Source: Hamiltosporidium tvaerminnensis FI-OER-3-3
Taxonomy: Eukaryota > Fungi > Microsporidia
NCBI GenBank assembly: GCA_022605425.2
Contig: JAKIMF020000001.1
Location: forward strand, 124,001 to 188,000
Direction: 5' to 3'
DNA: 64,000 nt
Both the position numbers and the translations under genes were made by a program. The notes below the pieces were generated by a model. That model saw nothing but the letters and a program-made list of their open reading frames with translations. It searched no databases and had not been told where the DNA came from. Positions 1 to 15,000 of this stretch are shown here, piece by piece (position 1 is the first letter of the stretch; the number at the start of each line of letters is the position of its first letter).

Positions 1-3000
1 CAGTCGAATAGAACATAGAGTTCTTATGCGCCTTTTGGTGTTCGATAAGGTTAAATGCTTTGATTATTAACCATTTTTAGCCCTAAATGGAACACAATTT
101 GCCTTTAGAAAATAGAAAGATTACCAGAAAAGAAGATTTTAAAGAATCAATTACATATCCGTTAGCTTCATAGAAAATGCTTTTGTTAAGAGAAACAGAA
201 GTTTGGTTATTAAAAAAACGTGATATTCATTTTTTAATCAAATTTAAGAACTCATAAAATTAACAATAACCTAAATCCATGAAATTTTCAAAACCCTTCT
301 CTAATCTGTTCATAATAAATCACATAGTATAAATTAAAAGTACAAATTTCAAATACAATTTAGAAATAAAAAAAATTATATTCATATTCTATCTATTACC
401 TGAATCCATCGCATTACATGTAATTGTGACATGAAATTTGGTAAGTAATAAAAGATAAAACATATAAAATAAACAGGAATTAAAATTTTATACAAAATGT
501 ACAGTTTCAACAATAAAACAATATTTTAGCAAGATTTTATTTGATTTGATTTGCCTTCGAATTTATGCTGAAATTGTTTTTTCTTGAATTCTATGTAAGA
601 GGAAAAAGAATGTTCATATTAAACCTGGATATTTCCCAGAATATTGCCGACTTGCTTCTTTGTAATATTTCAAAAAAAATTTGAATATTTTTTTTGATCA
701 AGTGAATTTATAGATTTCGTATTCTAATTTGCATTTACGAATGTGTAGACGTGTTTATACCACTTGAAGAACATTATGTAGAGCGACTATGAATTAAATA
801 AAACAAATATATGCTTTTTAATAAAAATGCACGTTTATTTTGCTTGCTATAATGTAAAAAACTTAACATTATTGATTAATTTTTTCATTCATGGTGATTG
901 TATAATTAAACAAGAATTTTCAAATTTTCTCGATTGAAAGATTGATTTTTTATATTTAATGCCTTTTTGCATATGGTACAAAAAACATATTCTAAGTTTT
1001 TTAAAAATTGTCCGAAATTATGTGATTACTAACTTAAATAATCTGTTTAACGCAATTTTGACATATCATATTTTCATATTTAAAAACCAAAAAGAAAAAT
1101 AAGAAGAATTAATCTGTAAGATTTCTAGATACATTTAAGTGTAAGAGTTATCTGTTTTATCGCAATATGTGGTTAAAAAATGTTATCGCTTATCCACCCC
1201 ATATGCATCAAAAGCGCAAACGTCTTTTTCTTAAATTTTTTAAATTAAAGGATTTAAACCGTGGTTCCAACAACATTAAATAATAGTAAAATTTATCCTT
1301 TTTTTTAGCATTGGAATATATAACTTATCGAATTGTACGCTAACTAAGATATTGCTAAGCTTAAAATTTGCTTACATGCTATTTAATCAAGATCGAAAAG
1401 ACGCGGGAAAATATATATAAATTGTCGGACCCATATATGGAGTTTACTTATATAAGGCACCAAAAAAATATTTTTATCCTTTTATTAATAAAAATCTAGA
1501 TGCTAATTTTTTTTTGCTGAACTCTCATTAAGGGTTTGATATTTTTTTATTCATTTATATAGTTTTAGAGGGAAATTTGATTCGCAAAATTCATTTAAAG
1601 TTATTTTAATTATGTTAGAAATAAACAGTATATAGTTATTGTAGAGTGGAGCCACATTTACTATTTTTATTTGTAAAATAGTTGCTATGAGGTATCTAAG
1701 TGCTTATCTTCGAATTAACGAAGATTCTGATTTTCATTACTACTGTATCGTATTTTATCCAAGAGATGTGGTACTTAGTTGAAAATACTTTGATAATCCA
1801 TTGATACGAAGAAAAAAAACGAATAGCTAAAGAAAAAGAAAACTTTTTAATTACAGAAAGGTTTGTTCTGATAGTTCTAGAATTTTTCAAGAAAAGGTTC
1901 AAGAATATTAAAAGATATATGTAGAGACATCTAACAAGGCTTTAAAAACATAATAATATTTGTTTTATGTTCATTTTCTATATTACATCATTGTTTAATC
2001 ATTTGTTTTGTTCACTAGTCTTTTTCATTGCTTTTTTTCGAATTTTTTTTTGCTTCTTTTCGTTTCTTCTCTTTAAGCTTTTTCCTCACCTTATTTTTCT
2101 TTTTTGTTTCATTGTGATTCAAGCATAGGTTTTTATAGGGGTAAACTCCACATATGATATCGATAATTATTATAGATCTTGAAACTATATAGTTTACATA
2201 TGTGCTAGAGCTATCCCATTTCGTTTATTACAAAAAGCATAGGTGCAATCACTTCATTAATTGCGCAATGTGAAAACAAACAATCGAAATATAAATTTCA
2301 ATTAGCAAGTCAAAATATACCTTGAAAACAAATATTTTTAAGTTTCAATCGAATTTATTTTTAATTTGTGAAATTAAGTAAAGTTTAATAGTCTAAGAAA
2401 TAATTGACTCCTGTAATATATAGTTCGTTAGAAAAACAGCTTCTACAAATGAGAATTAAGAAAAAATATGAATATTAGAAGATTAAAACTTTCATTTTTT
2501 CACATAGTATCTCGGTATGATTAGAACAAGATATGAGACAATCAGAAATATGTTATGCATTGCAAGATACTAAGTTCGCGTTAAATTGCCTCTAAAAGAA
2601 ATTAGTTTTTGAATACTTTAATCTTAAAAAACTCTAATTCCTGAATGTTTAAAATCGATCGATTTCAAGTTTTAAAAATAGAGCCAGAAAATCAACAGAA
2701 TGGTCTCAACAAAACAAAACCTAATTAAATCGTAAAAAACTATAAATATAAATTAAAATGTAAAATCCTACTTTAGTGTTTAAATTTTTTAAAAAATATA
2801 AGTTTGTATTTTAAACATAGAATTTATTTTCCAAGCACAATATAGGATCAGCTGAAAATAAATGATTTTGATCCAATTTTTCTTTAAACTTGCTTATATA
2901 TTAAGGAAAATATAATAAAATATTTGGATAATAAATGAATCGGAAATAGAAGTTAAACAATTTTTATTTAAAGTGTCTGTCTCTAACGATCAAAACAAGG

Positions 3001-6000
3001 TTTTTACTGATTTTTAAGCCATATCAAAGTAAAGTTGTTTAACAACATTGTTTGAAAAAAATATATAAGTATAAAAAATTGCTAAAATATATTTTCATAT
3101 TATACGTTATGTTTACTTATAGCTTGCTTTCTATAGAATTGAAATAAAGTAGATTTAATCAAGCCATAATGCCCCAATATAAACTTGCCAAAACAGTACA
3201 AAGTATAGATAGATTTACGTTCTCAAATTGAATTATATGATTACCGCGAACCAATGTTTTTCTACATAAATGATACAGAATAACATAAAAACTTATCATT
3301 TGATTAAAAAGTGTAAAAAAACAAAATTTCAAAACAATTGGTTTCGTATTATATAATATTCGGTAGTATATAGATGAATCAAATAAAGTTTTTAGTTTTA
3401 AACCCGAACTTTTTTAGTTTAACACCTTATTTATATCCTAGACCATATTATATATTCTAGGCATCAAACTACGGAGGATTCTCAAAATTTCTTATCGTAT
3501 TATATTTTTTTTTAAGTTATCGTCTACTAAATATTTCTTATACAATAATTAACGTATAATAATTTCTACAAAAATCATTTTTCCATAAGTACGATAGCTC
3601 TGGCATTTTGAATACGAATCGATAAAGCTCTAGTCCAAGCAATATTTGAAACGTTCACATACTTTTATGAAAAAACGAAATGCCATCTTTGAAAATTCAG
3701 TATTTGCCACAAATATAAAACCCCTATTGTATATTTAAGATTTTATAATTTTTTTATTTTTAAAAATTTTTATCGCTCTTAAATGAATTTTTTAGACTTA
3801 AACAATGTTACATACAAATAAGTTTTAAATTACCAGAAAAACTTATTAGATCCTAAGTTACAGGAGCTTAAAAAAAAAGCATTCTATTATTCTAATCTAA
3901 AAAATATACCAAATAAAACCATATACAGTTCTATAAAATCTCGGTCAATAAACAGTAAATTTAAGAATATTGATAAATAACTTTAAAAGATCTGATACAT
4001 ACTACAACCAAATCATTTTTTTTGAAATATTTTATAAATGCAGGATAATTATGAGAAAAGTTTGATTCTTTATAGAAATTTCATAATATTCAAGCGATTT
4101 CTACTTAGGTTGTCTCAATACCGAAAAAAAATATCAATTAAAGTAAAAGTTGCTGGCTTTTATTTCGCTAAATTTTTGCTACTAGCTCATATTTTTATTG
4201 CATGCCTGAATTTCACATCAAATTAGCCTAATTTTCATTATATGATGTCAGTATTTCTATTTGGCAATAAAGAAAATTATATGTGCTACTACATCTATTT
4301 ATGTTTATTTCGCTACTGAGAAACTCTTTAAAATCATTTCAAGTTAATAGAAGTTAAGGAATCTAAACGAGAATTATGTTTGTCTTTGAATCAAAAACTA
4401 TTTGCGAGATTCTATAGTTTCTAGACTGCCCAAACATGATCGATGCATCGTTGTACTACAAAGAGAAAATTCACTGTCGCATTAAAATTTTCAAAACTTC
4501 AATAATGAAATTTTGTGTTATATTTGCGCTATCATCTAGCTTGATAGCTTTATTTTGCATTTTTTGAGTATATTTGAAAATACCTAAGCAATCTCAGAAA
4601 TCAATATTTTGTTATAAAATTCTACTTTTTTGTCCTATTCTAAATTCCTCCTGTGTTTGTTTATGTAGTTAAACATTTATAAAATGTTATTTTAATATAT
4701 TTAATATTTTTATGTCTAGATTTAATTAAAGCAAAACACTTCGCTTTATATTTTATCCTATTTGTTGAGAAAAATGCAAAATCTATACTAAAATAAAGAT
4801 TTTAAATCATAGTGTAATTTTTTTTTCTCTTTCTTTATAATTACGTTATGTTGTTCAAACGCGCAAAAAAAGATGGGATAAATAAAATTTCTGTCTGTTA
4901 AACATATAATGCAATTAAATATAAGAATTTCTTATGTAAATTCTATATTTAAAATTTCTTTTTAAATTAAATAGTGAATTTTTTTTAATAAAGAAAAAGG
5001 ATATGAATTTAACATGTAATCTCCATTTAACAAGTTAGTTTGCTTTGTTTCAGATAAAAGCTTTTAATACTGTAAACCTAAAAACTATATAACGACTATT
5101 CAATAAAAAAGCTTTCGAATATCAATTTAATAAAAAGATTCTCATTTAAACAAAAGATAATACGAAAAATGTAGTATAAAAAGAAGGAATGTTATACTTT
5201 AAACTCAACCGACAAAAATCGACACATATGGATAAAAATTACTGGAAAGAAACACCAAAATAAAAATTTAACGATAGGATATAGCTGAACATAGAATTTT
5301 TATTAGTTTTATATCTTATCTAGTGTGCGGAAGATATCAATATATGTTATAACCAATTTCAAATTTTAGTCTTATCACAAAAGTATTTTTTAATAGTGTT
5401 GTTTGATTTTTGTTTTTCAAATAAGATCATTATCATAAAGAGGAAAATAATGTAACTTTGGAGTATTATTTAAAATAAGCTATGTTTATTTGAGCTCAAA
5501 AAATACTTTTTTTATTGAATAAAAGTAAAATTGCATAATTCAAGTTATTTTTATGTTTTAATAATTTTATAACAAGATTAATGCAAATACCAATGTTGTA
5601 CCATTAAAAATTAGATTTTAAAACGTAAATATATAATCTAATTTTTGCAGTCAGCTATGTATGCACACTTATACAACAAAAAAAAATAATAAAATAGTAT
5701 TGTGAAAATCCTCTCGGGCAGGTGAAAATAATTGCAATAGCAAAAAATTACTATTATGCTTTTAAAAACATTTGATAAACTTCAAAACTGTTTTACAGAC
5801 ATATATACTTATGAATTTATATATCAAAAATATTCTTACAAATTTTCAGACCCGAAAAATATAGTCTAAAAAACAAAAAGAGCTTCCTATATGCAGAAAA
5901 TTCTGCGCCAAGAGTAGTACAACAAAGAAAGAAACTTACTTTAGATTTGATGTTCTAGGTGCATAGTGGTATACAAGTAAAAATAGTAAATTATTAGAAT

Positions 6001-9000
6001 CCGTTGCGGCCAATCGTTCCAAAGACTTTGAGAATTAGATAAGCTTTAAAAGATTTTGCGCAGACTTTTTCTTACAATCTTAATTTGGGGAATTTTAAAG
6101 CAATTAAATATTTTACTTCAAATTGTATTGAGCAAACACAATAATAGATAATATTTATTATCCTGTTTAATATAAAACAAATCTAGTTAAAAGATAAATA
6201 ATAGTAATTAGCTAAGATAAGTGTTAGATCGGTCTTAATGCCATGATAAAGAAAATTTATAAAATATTTAATAATTTTTACTATGAATTTGAACTAAAAC
6301 GAGCACATATAATTTATTTGATATCCCAATACCTATGTTTTTTTATACCTAAAGTTGGATGACGATAAAAAAATGTTATAACTTTGAAGATACAGAATGC
6401 AAACAATATACTACAAACGTAAGTTAAAACCTTTACTTTTTATTTAAATAAGAAAATAATATAATTCTTTATTACTGCATTTGCAAATATAAGTAAAAAT
6501 TTCGTTTTGCTTGTATATTCTATATAACATTGAACATTTTCTTTGTATTATTAATTTTGAATTAAGAAATTCTGTTTTAAGTTAATCTTTTAAAAAGGCT
6601 TTGTTGTAGATTATTGAAATGTATATACGAAATATTTAAATCATAGTGGGGCTATTATATATTAGCCTCTTTGAATCTACAAAATACTCTTATGACATAT
6701 AATTTAGATATTTTTGTTGTAAAACAAATACTAAACGTAGAATAATTACAGTTGGCATAAGTGATACTGACACAGGCTCTGTATCCAGACAAAAACTGAA
6801 TGGGAATATTTTTAATTTATCGCTTGTAAGCATATAGTAGCATATTTTACAATTTTATTTCAATAGGAATTTTAAAGTTTGTTACAACTCTTTTACACAG
6901 AACTTTTGGCACAAGAAATATTCTCAATAAGGCAACCATTTGATTGGAATCATAATTTAAGGAATAAGAAAATTTCGTATCCAGTGCGAAACAATTTCTT
7001 ATTATTCCAATTTGTATCGGTTAGTAAAAACTTATAAAAACATATTATTTGCCTTGAGTAATTTGATATAAGCTGCTGATTTTTCAAAATGCTTATCTCA
7101 TTTGTTCCTATGGCTACATTATCTAAGAACATTATTTTTGATGATATAATTTCTTGGTAAAACAGCATTATACATAAGATTGTGATCATAGGCGAACCTA
7201 TGAATTTTTTTAGCTATTTCGAAATCCTATATTTGTCATATAAGAAAAATTAGTTTAAAAGCAAAGAAACGCCGCAATAAAAATTTCTTATTCCGACTTT
7301 TTTGGTCTAAATATATATTAAAAAGTGATATGTTGTTTCTAAATCGAAAAATTGTTTGAGGCGGCGAGAAATATTTTACATGATATAAATTTCAAAAGTT
7401 TTTGCGTTAAAACTAAGATTTTTCATACGTGAGTACAAAAGTTGTTTATTTTTGCGATAAGCCACCAGAATTTAAATTTATCAGAAATTAAGGTAGTTCA
7501 TATCATAATAAAATTGCTTATTTACAATTCTGCAATGTCCATAAAAAATCATTTTCGTAATCAGCAGTACACGGTTGAAATGTCGGACTAAGTGCAACGA
7601 ACAGAAGCCATACAAATAAGTAAAAATTTCTCTAATACATTTGTATTAATAGAATCAATATATACAATCTGTATTTTAGAAGGCAACAATTCCAAAGCAT
7701 AGTTATAGTATAAAATATCAATTTCTAATGATATTTAAATTCATATTTGCTTCTAGAATAAAAACAGTCTATCAACTTAGTTTCAGTTGCATAAGAAAAA
7801 TTGTTTCTGATAAAATTTTTCTACAAAATTATATCACCTTCTAATCATAATATGCCTAAAAGAGCGAAGAATCACTACAATAAGAGCCAAAACATAGAGT
7901 TCTCAATATGAAACCTATGGATTTATTAATTTAGTGCATTTCTAAACTTTGAATCTTAGCAATTTATAAAATTATTAAAATTTTCTAAAATTCCTAGCGG
8001 CAATGAAATCTAGAAAAATATGTTTGGTATACCACATTGTCTGTATTTTTTTCTATAATGATATTTGCAAAAGTAAGATCTAGGATATTCTAAATTAAAT
8101 CTCAAGTATAGTTTATAAAATATGGTTTAATATTCAATGGTATAACTATTTATACAATGTTGCTTATTAAAATCGTCGGGAAATTTTCTATAAGGCTTAC
8201 AACGTCTTCAAATAAAGGTTTTAGATTTTAGTAAATTTTTTAAATATCATTTGAAAGAATTATTTGTCTTGCCGCATATTTTAAATTTACAACAGAAGCA
8301 CAAATAATCCTATATTAGTTATCAGAAAATTATATCTATCATTATTTGATGGAAACGCTAGTTCTTGTTTTTTGTAACTTTGAATGCTTAAATATCGCCA
8401 AGTAAACAGATATTTTTTTTGTTAATCGTTTGGATTGAAAATATTAATGTTTCAATTGAGTCTAAATTTTAATTTTTGTGATAGGTAGTAAAAAAAATTT
8501 ATTACATGGCAAGACCACAATTAAATCTTTATCTTGTTGATGTTTTTTTAACCAATTGTATTCGAAACAAAACTATTTCCTGCATTAATTTAAGGCTGAA
8601 AAAATAAGAAGCGATTGCTATATTGCTTACCGAAACATCGAAGCGTAAGGTAAATCTGAATTTTATTTAACTCAAACTTTTTTTATCTTTATTTTGATTT
8701 TTAAAGTTTAATACGTATAAGTGAGAAACTTGAACTTAAAAATAATATACTATTGATTCTTTTAAAAAAGCTTTATTTTAGACTTTAGATGGAAATTATA
8801 CCAATAAAACTGTAAATTTATGTATGTTTAAAATGAACAAGTTTCAAATTAGATTAATTTAAAAAAATATGAGACTAATAATTTGATTTGATGATAAAAT
8901 TCTAAATGTTCTCAGCGTTATTTATTAGTTGGTCACTAATTTTATTAGTATATAGTTTATGGTCGATAAGAATACCTATAAAATACGCTATTTGAACACG

Positions 9001-12000
9001 TAATAGAAGATGAGAAGGTCTCTGGTGTATATTTTAATTTTTAGCTCAGAAGAAATATTTAAAGTTCTCCTAATCCTTACAGAATCGCATGTTTAGACTA
9101 CAATGTTCAAATTAACTATATTAAATCTATCTTCAGACATATATAGTAAAGTGTAACAACATTTTATTTTAAAATTAGCTCGGATTCGACCTCAATGAAT
9201 AACTTATAAACTTCTTAGTTAAAAATTCAAAATTAAAAATACTTATAATTTTTACGTTTTATAGACCTTCTTTCCTAAAAATTAGTTTTTTTTAAAAACT
9301 ATTTTATTATGCAGATAATTGATTATAACCAAATTAACATCTAGAGCTATCGTTAGGTTTGTTTAAATCCAAACAGTAAATCCAAGAGAAACATCAAGTT
9401 AGGGAGAATGTATAAGTTCTTTGTGTAACTATGGATTACTTAATCTTATTTATACAATCTATATTTACTCATGTACATAAAAGATTTTTGTTAAATTTTT
9501 TTATCTAAATCTAAATTAATTTTGTTTTAAAGAATGCAAACGAATAATATTGAGATTTACCAAATAAAAATGTATTATAAAATAAAAAAAAATCTAATCG
9601 GAGCTAAAGGAAAAAACGGCTCACTGGTTTATTCCGATAATTTACGCATTAGAATTCAAAATATCAAGTAAAATGCTAAAAGTTTTTTTTACAAGCTTGA
9701 ATGTTTACAAACATATTAATATTTAAAAAGACCACCCTTTTTTATCTTTTTTTGTAAATTTGTGTCCGGTATAGTATCATTATAGTAATAAATACACACC
9801 CAAGTACAGATGCTCAATAAATGCATCCGCAAAAATTTATTTTTGAGCACATCTATCATTTAATTCTAAGTAAATTTCATAAAGATGTATTTATATTATA
9901 AAATAAATAGCTGAATCACAACATCAAGTACAAATTCCAGTATTTTAAATATTTTGTACTAGTAAGAAAAATACATGCAGATTTTATATTCTTTTCCAGA
10001 TTATTTGTCTCTTGCAAATTTCACAAATATACAAATAAAATTCCATTCTTTGTGTATGCTCTAAAAAAAGGGTTGTACTCTAACGCGTTTGTACTGAACC
10101 ATTTTATAGCGTAAGACATATCTCATACAAGAAAACACTATACAAAATATCCATCTTGGACATAAAACACATGAGTTGGTTTGCCATAGCATTATGGGCA
10201 CGTCTAGGATTCGTTTTGAAAAAATTGTTATACTTACATTTTCAGTTAAACCTTCTTTTTTATTTCGATCTTCTAAGCCGGGATTTTCATTTGAAGAACC
10301 GAAATTTATACACATACTTTATGAAATTAAAAGAAACAAATTCCTTGTTCTAATCATAATTTATGCTATCATTACTATGAATCTAAAATAATTACGCACA
10401 AAAATGGCTTTCCTAGATTTAATTTTATGCTATAAGAGTAAGTTGTTGTTTCTTTGACATTTAGTAATTCATTGAATTATTCAATATATTTCGTTAAACG
10501 AGACCTAAATTTAATTTCAATTTGACTACAAAGCTAAAGACTGTGTTTATGGATATAATAAAATAAATCTATATTTTTTTTAGTGAGCAAGAGTAGCATT
10601 GACTCCAACTAATGAATTTGCCAAAACATCATAAAACCAATGTCCAATTGTGATACATCTATATATTCGTTCGTTTAAATATACTAAATGAAGGGTTTTT
10701 TTACTGCATTGAAGAAGAATTTAATTTCCGCGCAAGAATGCAAGTAATCGAAAATTTTCATACTGTCATAAAGCCTTAATAAAAAATTGCGTTATAATCT
10801 CATGCGGCTTGTCTCTTATACCATGCATCTGAATAAGTCCTTAGTATAGAAAATGATTTGTCTAAATAAAAAGATAGGGAACATCATATATAATTACACT
10901 ACCGAATGTAAACAGACGAGCCTATTTTAAAATACCCTCAAAAAGTTAAAATGCATTACTGTTTACCCTAGATGTGCTAGACATTTTCCAAAGCAATCGA
11001 TGTATTCTTTATGCATATCATCTTTACTTAATAACTTCAGAATAAAAATAATATTAATTAAGATCATACTATTTGCTTATTTAAAAATTTCTTGTTTTGT
11101 TTTTATTCAAGAAACCTATATATGATTTTATAACCAGCAAAAATATTTATAATTAACTACAAAAATTAGATTATAGAGGTCTTAAATCTAATACTTTTTT
11201 TCTGCAAAAATGTCTTTCAATTGACTTCTTTACCTTATCTCTTTATTTTCAAACAAACAAACAATAAGCTCTCTGTTTACCGCGAAGCAGGTTTATATGA
11301 CTAGTCATCGTGAACTAATACATCCAAGTTGCAAGAATGGTGCTTGTATTCTATGTACGTGATGAATTTACTTTATGAAAACCTAATATTCATTCCAATT
11401 GATAAATTATTCTTAATTTCAACATCCTATATATGAGGTATTTTCCAGCAAAATTGTAAAATAAAAATGTATATACTAATAATGGAAATATACTAAGATA
11501 GTCAAAAATCAAATTATCTCATATATATGGAAAAGTGCAAAACTTTGGAGAACATTTGAATAAATCTATATCCGAGCTGTTTCAAAAATTTTTAGGTGTG
11601 ATTCGAAGCCAAAAAATGAAACGTATTTTCCAACAAACTCGACTTTCCAAAAATTATACATAATACTAAAAATCTCAATATTATAAAAGTAGATTCAATA
11701 GCTTAACTTTCATGATAAATCTTAGTTTAGTGATATAATTATTTTATGTATCATATACAAAAAAAAGATTTAACACATAAACAACCTGTTATTTTTTTTA
11801 CCAGAAAATGGCTCTGGGTTATTCATAAAAAATGTTTTGGTTTTTGTAAAAGTAATCGAATTTCAGACTATAAAATGAAATTCATAAAGCATTTTTAATA
11901 TTAAAAATATTTGAGTTGGTTCTTTTGAGTAAATAGTTCGGCCTAGCCAGGCTCTTACCCCATAAACAGCCTTCAGATTTTTTTTGTTCGACTTAAAAGA

Positions 12001-15000
12001 CTATAGAATACAAGATTTTTGCGCGTAAGAAGATACATTCTGTTTCGTGTTTGTTCTATACTTTTGTATATTGTAGATAATTTTTTATATAATTTCATAT
12101 TTATTAATTCCTTTTAGACTTAGTTCTTATATATCGTAAAAGCAGTACTTTATGAACGTATTTTACAAACTTCTTAGAAAATTATTCTAGAAACTTTCTA
12201 CCAGATACATTATACTTTTTAGTTCGATATTAAATTTGAAATCAAAAGATCTAAATTATTTTTTATAATGAATTCCTAGTGTTTTGCAAACCATTTACAT
12301 CTATTTATTGTTATTGATCTCTTAATTCCGATTTAGTAGCTTACTACGTTTCCAACAAATAAGATTTGATTTAAATACAGAAGTATAGTATACATTTCCG
12401 GAAGCTCGTTTGTAAGAAAGACTCCACAGAAGCAATATTATATCATATTAATTTTTATTGATTTATACGGATTATTATTTTTCTCTTTGAGATGCTTCTT
12501 TCGGAAACTTATAGAATAACAGATGTGACAAAAACATTAGTCATAGTTTGATTTTCTATAGATAACTACATAAATGTAGTTGTGTTTGTGGTATTACAGA
12601 AACATTGTATATTATTTCTAGATCTATCAACCACAAATCAAATACATATATCATAAAATAAATATCTAAAGTAGGGATATTTTAACTCGAAAAAACAATG
12701 TAACGAACTCATATTTTATATTTAATTTTCAGCCACAATATTTATTCATATTTAATTTTTAAGTATTCTTCTTTTAAGTTGTTTCGAGTTGTTTTCAAAC
12801 GCACTTATTCCAGTAATAGAACTTTTAAAAACCGTCTCTTTGTTTAAATATATTCAGAGATATGTTCGAGCTTGTGTAGACGTGTTCAAATTTTATGTAA
12901 ACACTTTTTAAATGGAATTTACAATACATTTCAATTAAGAGTTTATATCGACAGGTTTTTTAAAAAATTCTAAACCATTTTTTGTAAATCAATCTTGTTT
13001 AATTTTTTTACAGAACGACATAAATTATTGAATTTGCATGCATTAAATTTAATTTCTAACTTTTTGTTACCAAATTTTCATAAAAATAATGTATGTTTTT
13101 CAAATAGACAAAACCTTGTGTACCCTCTCTTTGATTAAAATAGTACAAATTGGCTTTCCAAATCATCTTATTTTTCTGCTCTGGCATCGTATGAATTTCA
13201 TTATATTTATACACTTTCCAATGAAATATTTTAAGAAATATCTTAAAAATATTTTATGGATTGACGTATTTATTGTATTCTAAAATTATCGTGCAATTAT
13301 ATTTCAAAATAGAAAAATCTTTGATATGTTTAAATTAATACCGAAAAAATATTGTTCATAAGCCTTAATTAGAAAAAAACTCTAATTTATTTTCTATGTG
13401 ATGAACAGTTGATATCAAAACTTTGTATAACTCACTTAAGGTCAAAACGGATTCCTAACATGAAATTGTTTTTTAAAATTTTTTTTCTTGATTTTGCACA
13501 ACTTATCTATTTCAATTTATTATATTAAAAGAAAATTCAAACTTAAAAGAATACAATTTTTTTTTCTAAATTATTATAACCTTTTCTTGCGTTATTTTCA
13601 ACGTGAATATTACATTAACGAGTTTTTTTTTGCTCTATGTTAAACTTTAGTTGATCGAATATCTTTATAAAGCTTTTATCATTCTCAAATTCATTTCTTC
13701 ATACATAACGTAAACCTTTTAAATTTAGAATGTTAATTTCAAATTTAGACTAACAAATTTACACAGGAATTGTGGTATGAAATTATATAAACAAAGAATG
13801 GCCTGGATGCTGTCTCTATGCTATTTTTACGGTGAAAAAAAATCTCTTTAAAAATCAGAATATATTCTGGGCTTTATAATAGATTTTCTAAATTTTTATT
13901 TATAGATCGAACCATTGTAAAAAGCATTTATATTGCGAAAAAGATTTTTTAATAGATATTTAAAGGGACTTGGAACAAAAATCTCGAGTTGAATTAAATG
14001 GGTTAGATGATACGATTTATTGTAATTTATTTTGCTGATTCGATGCGAATTCTTAGATAAAACATAAACAAACGTTTTTTTTTTATTCAACACGTTTTTT
14101 TTGAATATTTCCTAAATACTTTTTAAATAAGCATTTAGCACATAAAAAATACTTTGTTCTTTATGAAAACCTATTTAAAGTGCATCTAAAAATAAATAAA
14201 ATACTTGCCTTTTTAGAAATAACACATATAGATGTAGAAATATAGTTTCGCTGGGCAGTAATGAATTCCAAAAATATTACAAACGTTATTGAAAGATCTA
14301 AAAATTCATTAATTTATCAAATTTTTCAAATGAGCGAACTTTGCATAAAGCTAGCAGTTCTTGGTATATAATGCTTGTTTTGCCTAAAATATATTTTAAA
14401 ACCATATGTTTACTTATCAAAAACAGAGTTATATTATTTTTCGATAACAAGGTCTTCAATAAGCAATAATTATTATCTACACACAATATTCTATTTTCGC
14501 TTTCGCATTTGAAGATTATCTATTAAAGAAGAAGAAAGATACCGAAGCGGTAAGTAATAAAAGTTTTGCTATGTCCATACGGTTTTATACAAAATTCTTT
14601 TAATAATTTTTTGTTGTTAAATACTCAAGCTTATAATCATCTTTCTACATATAATAAATCGAATTATAATTTCTTAAGAAGATAGATTTGATACATTGAA
14701 AATGTTATGGAATAATGTTAAACTTTATATTAAAATACTTAAAAATCTTGCACAAAAATTTATGAAAGATAATCTAAAGTATTTTAAAATACTTTTTGAG
14801 ATTAAAATATACTAATATACAATCCTACCAGAAAATATATACGAAAATATGAAATATAGAACCAATTCTTTCGTTTACCATTTATAAGACTTTTTTTAAA
14901 GAATTCCAATGTATCAAGTCTCCGTGCAATCGTTTTATGTTTTAAAATTACAAACATGTTATGTTTTTTACAAGATTTACTGGATAGAAATTAGAGGTTG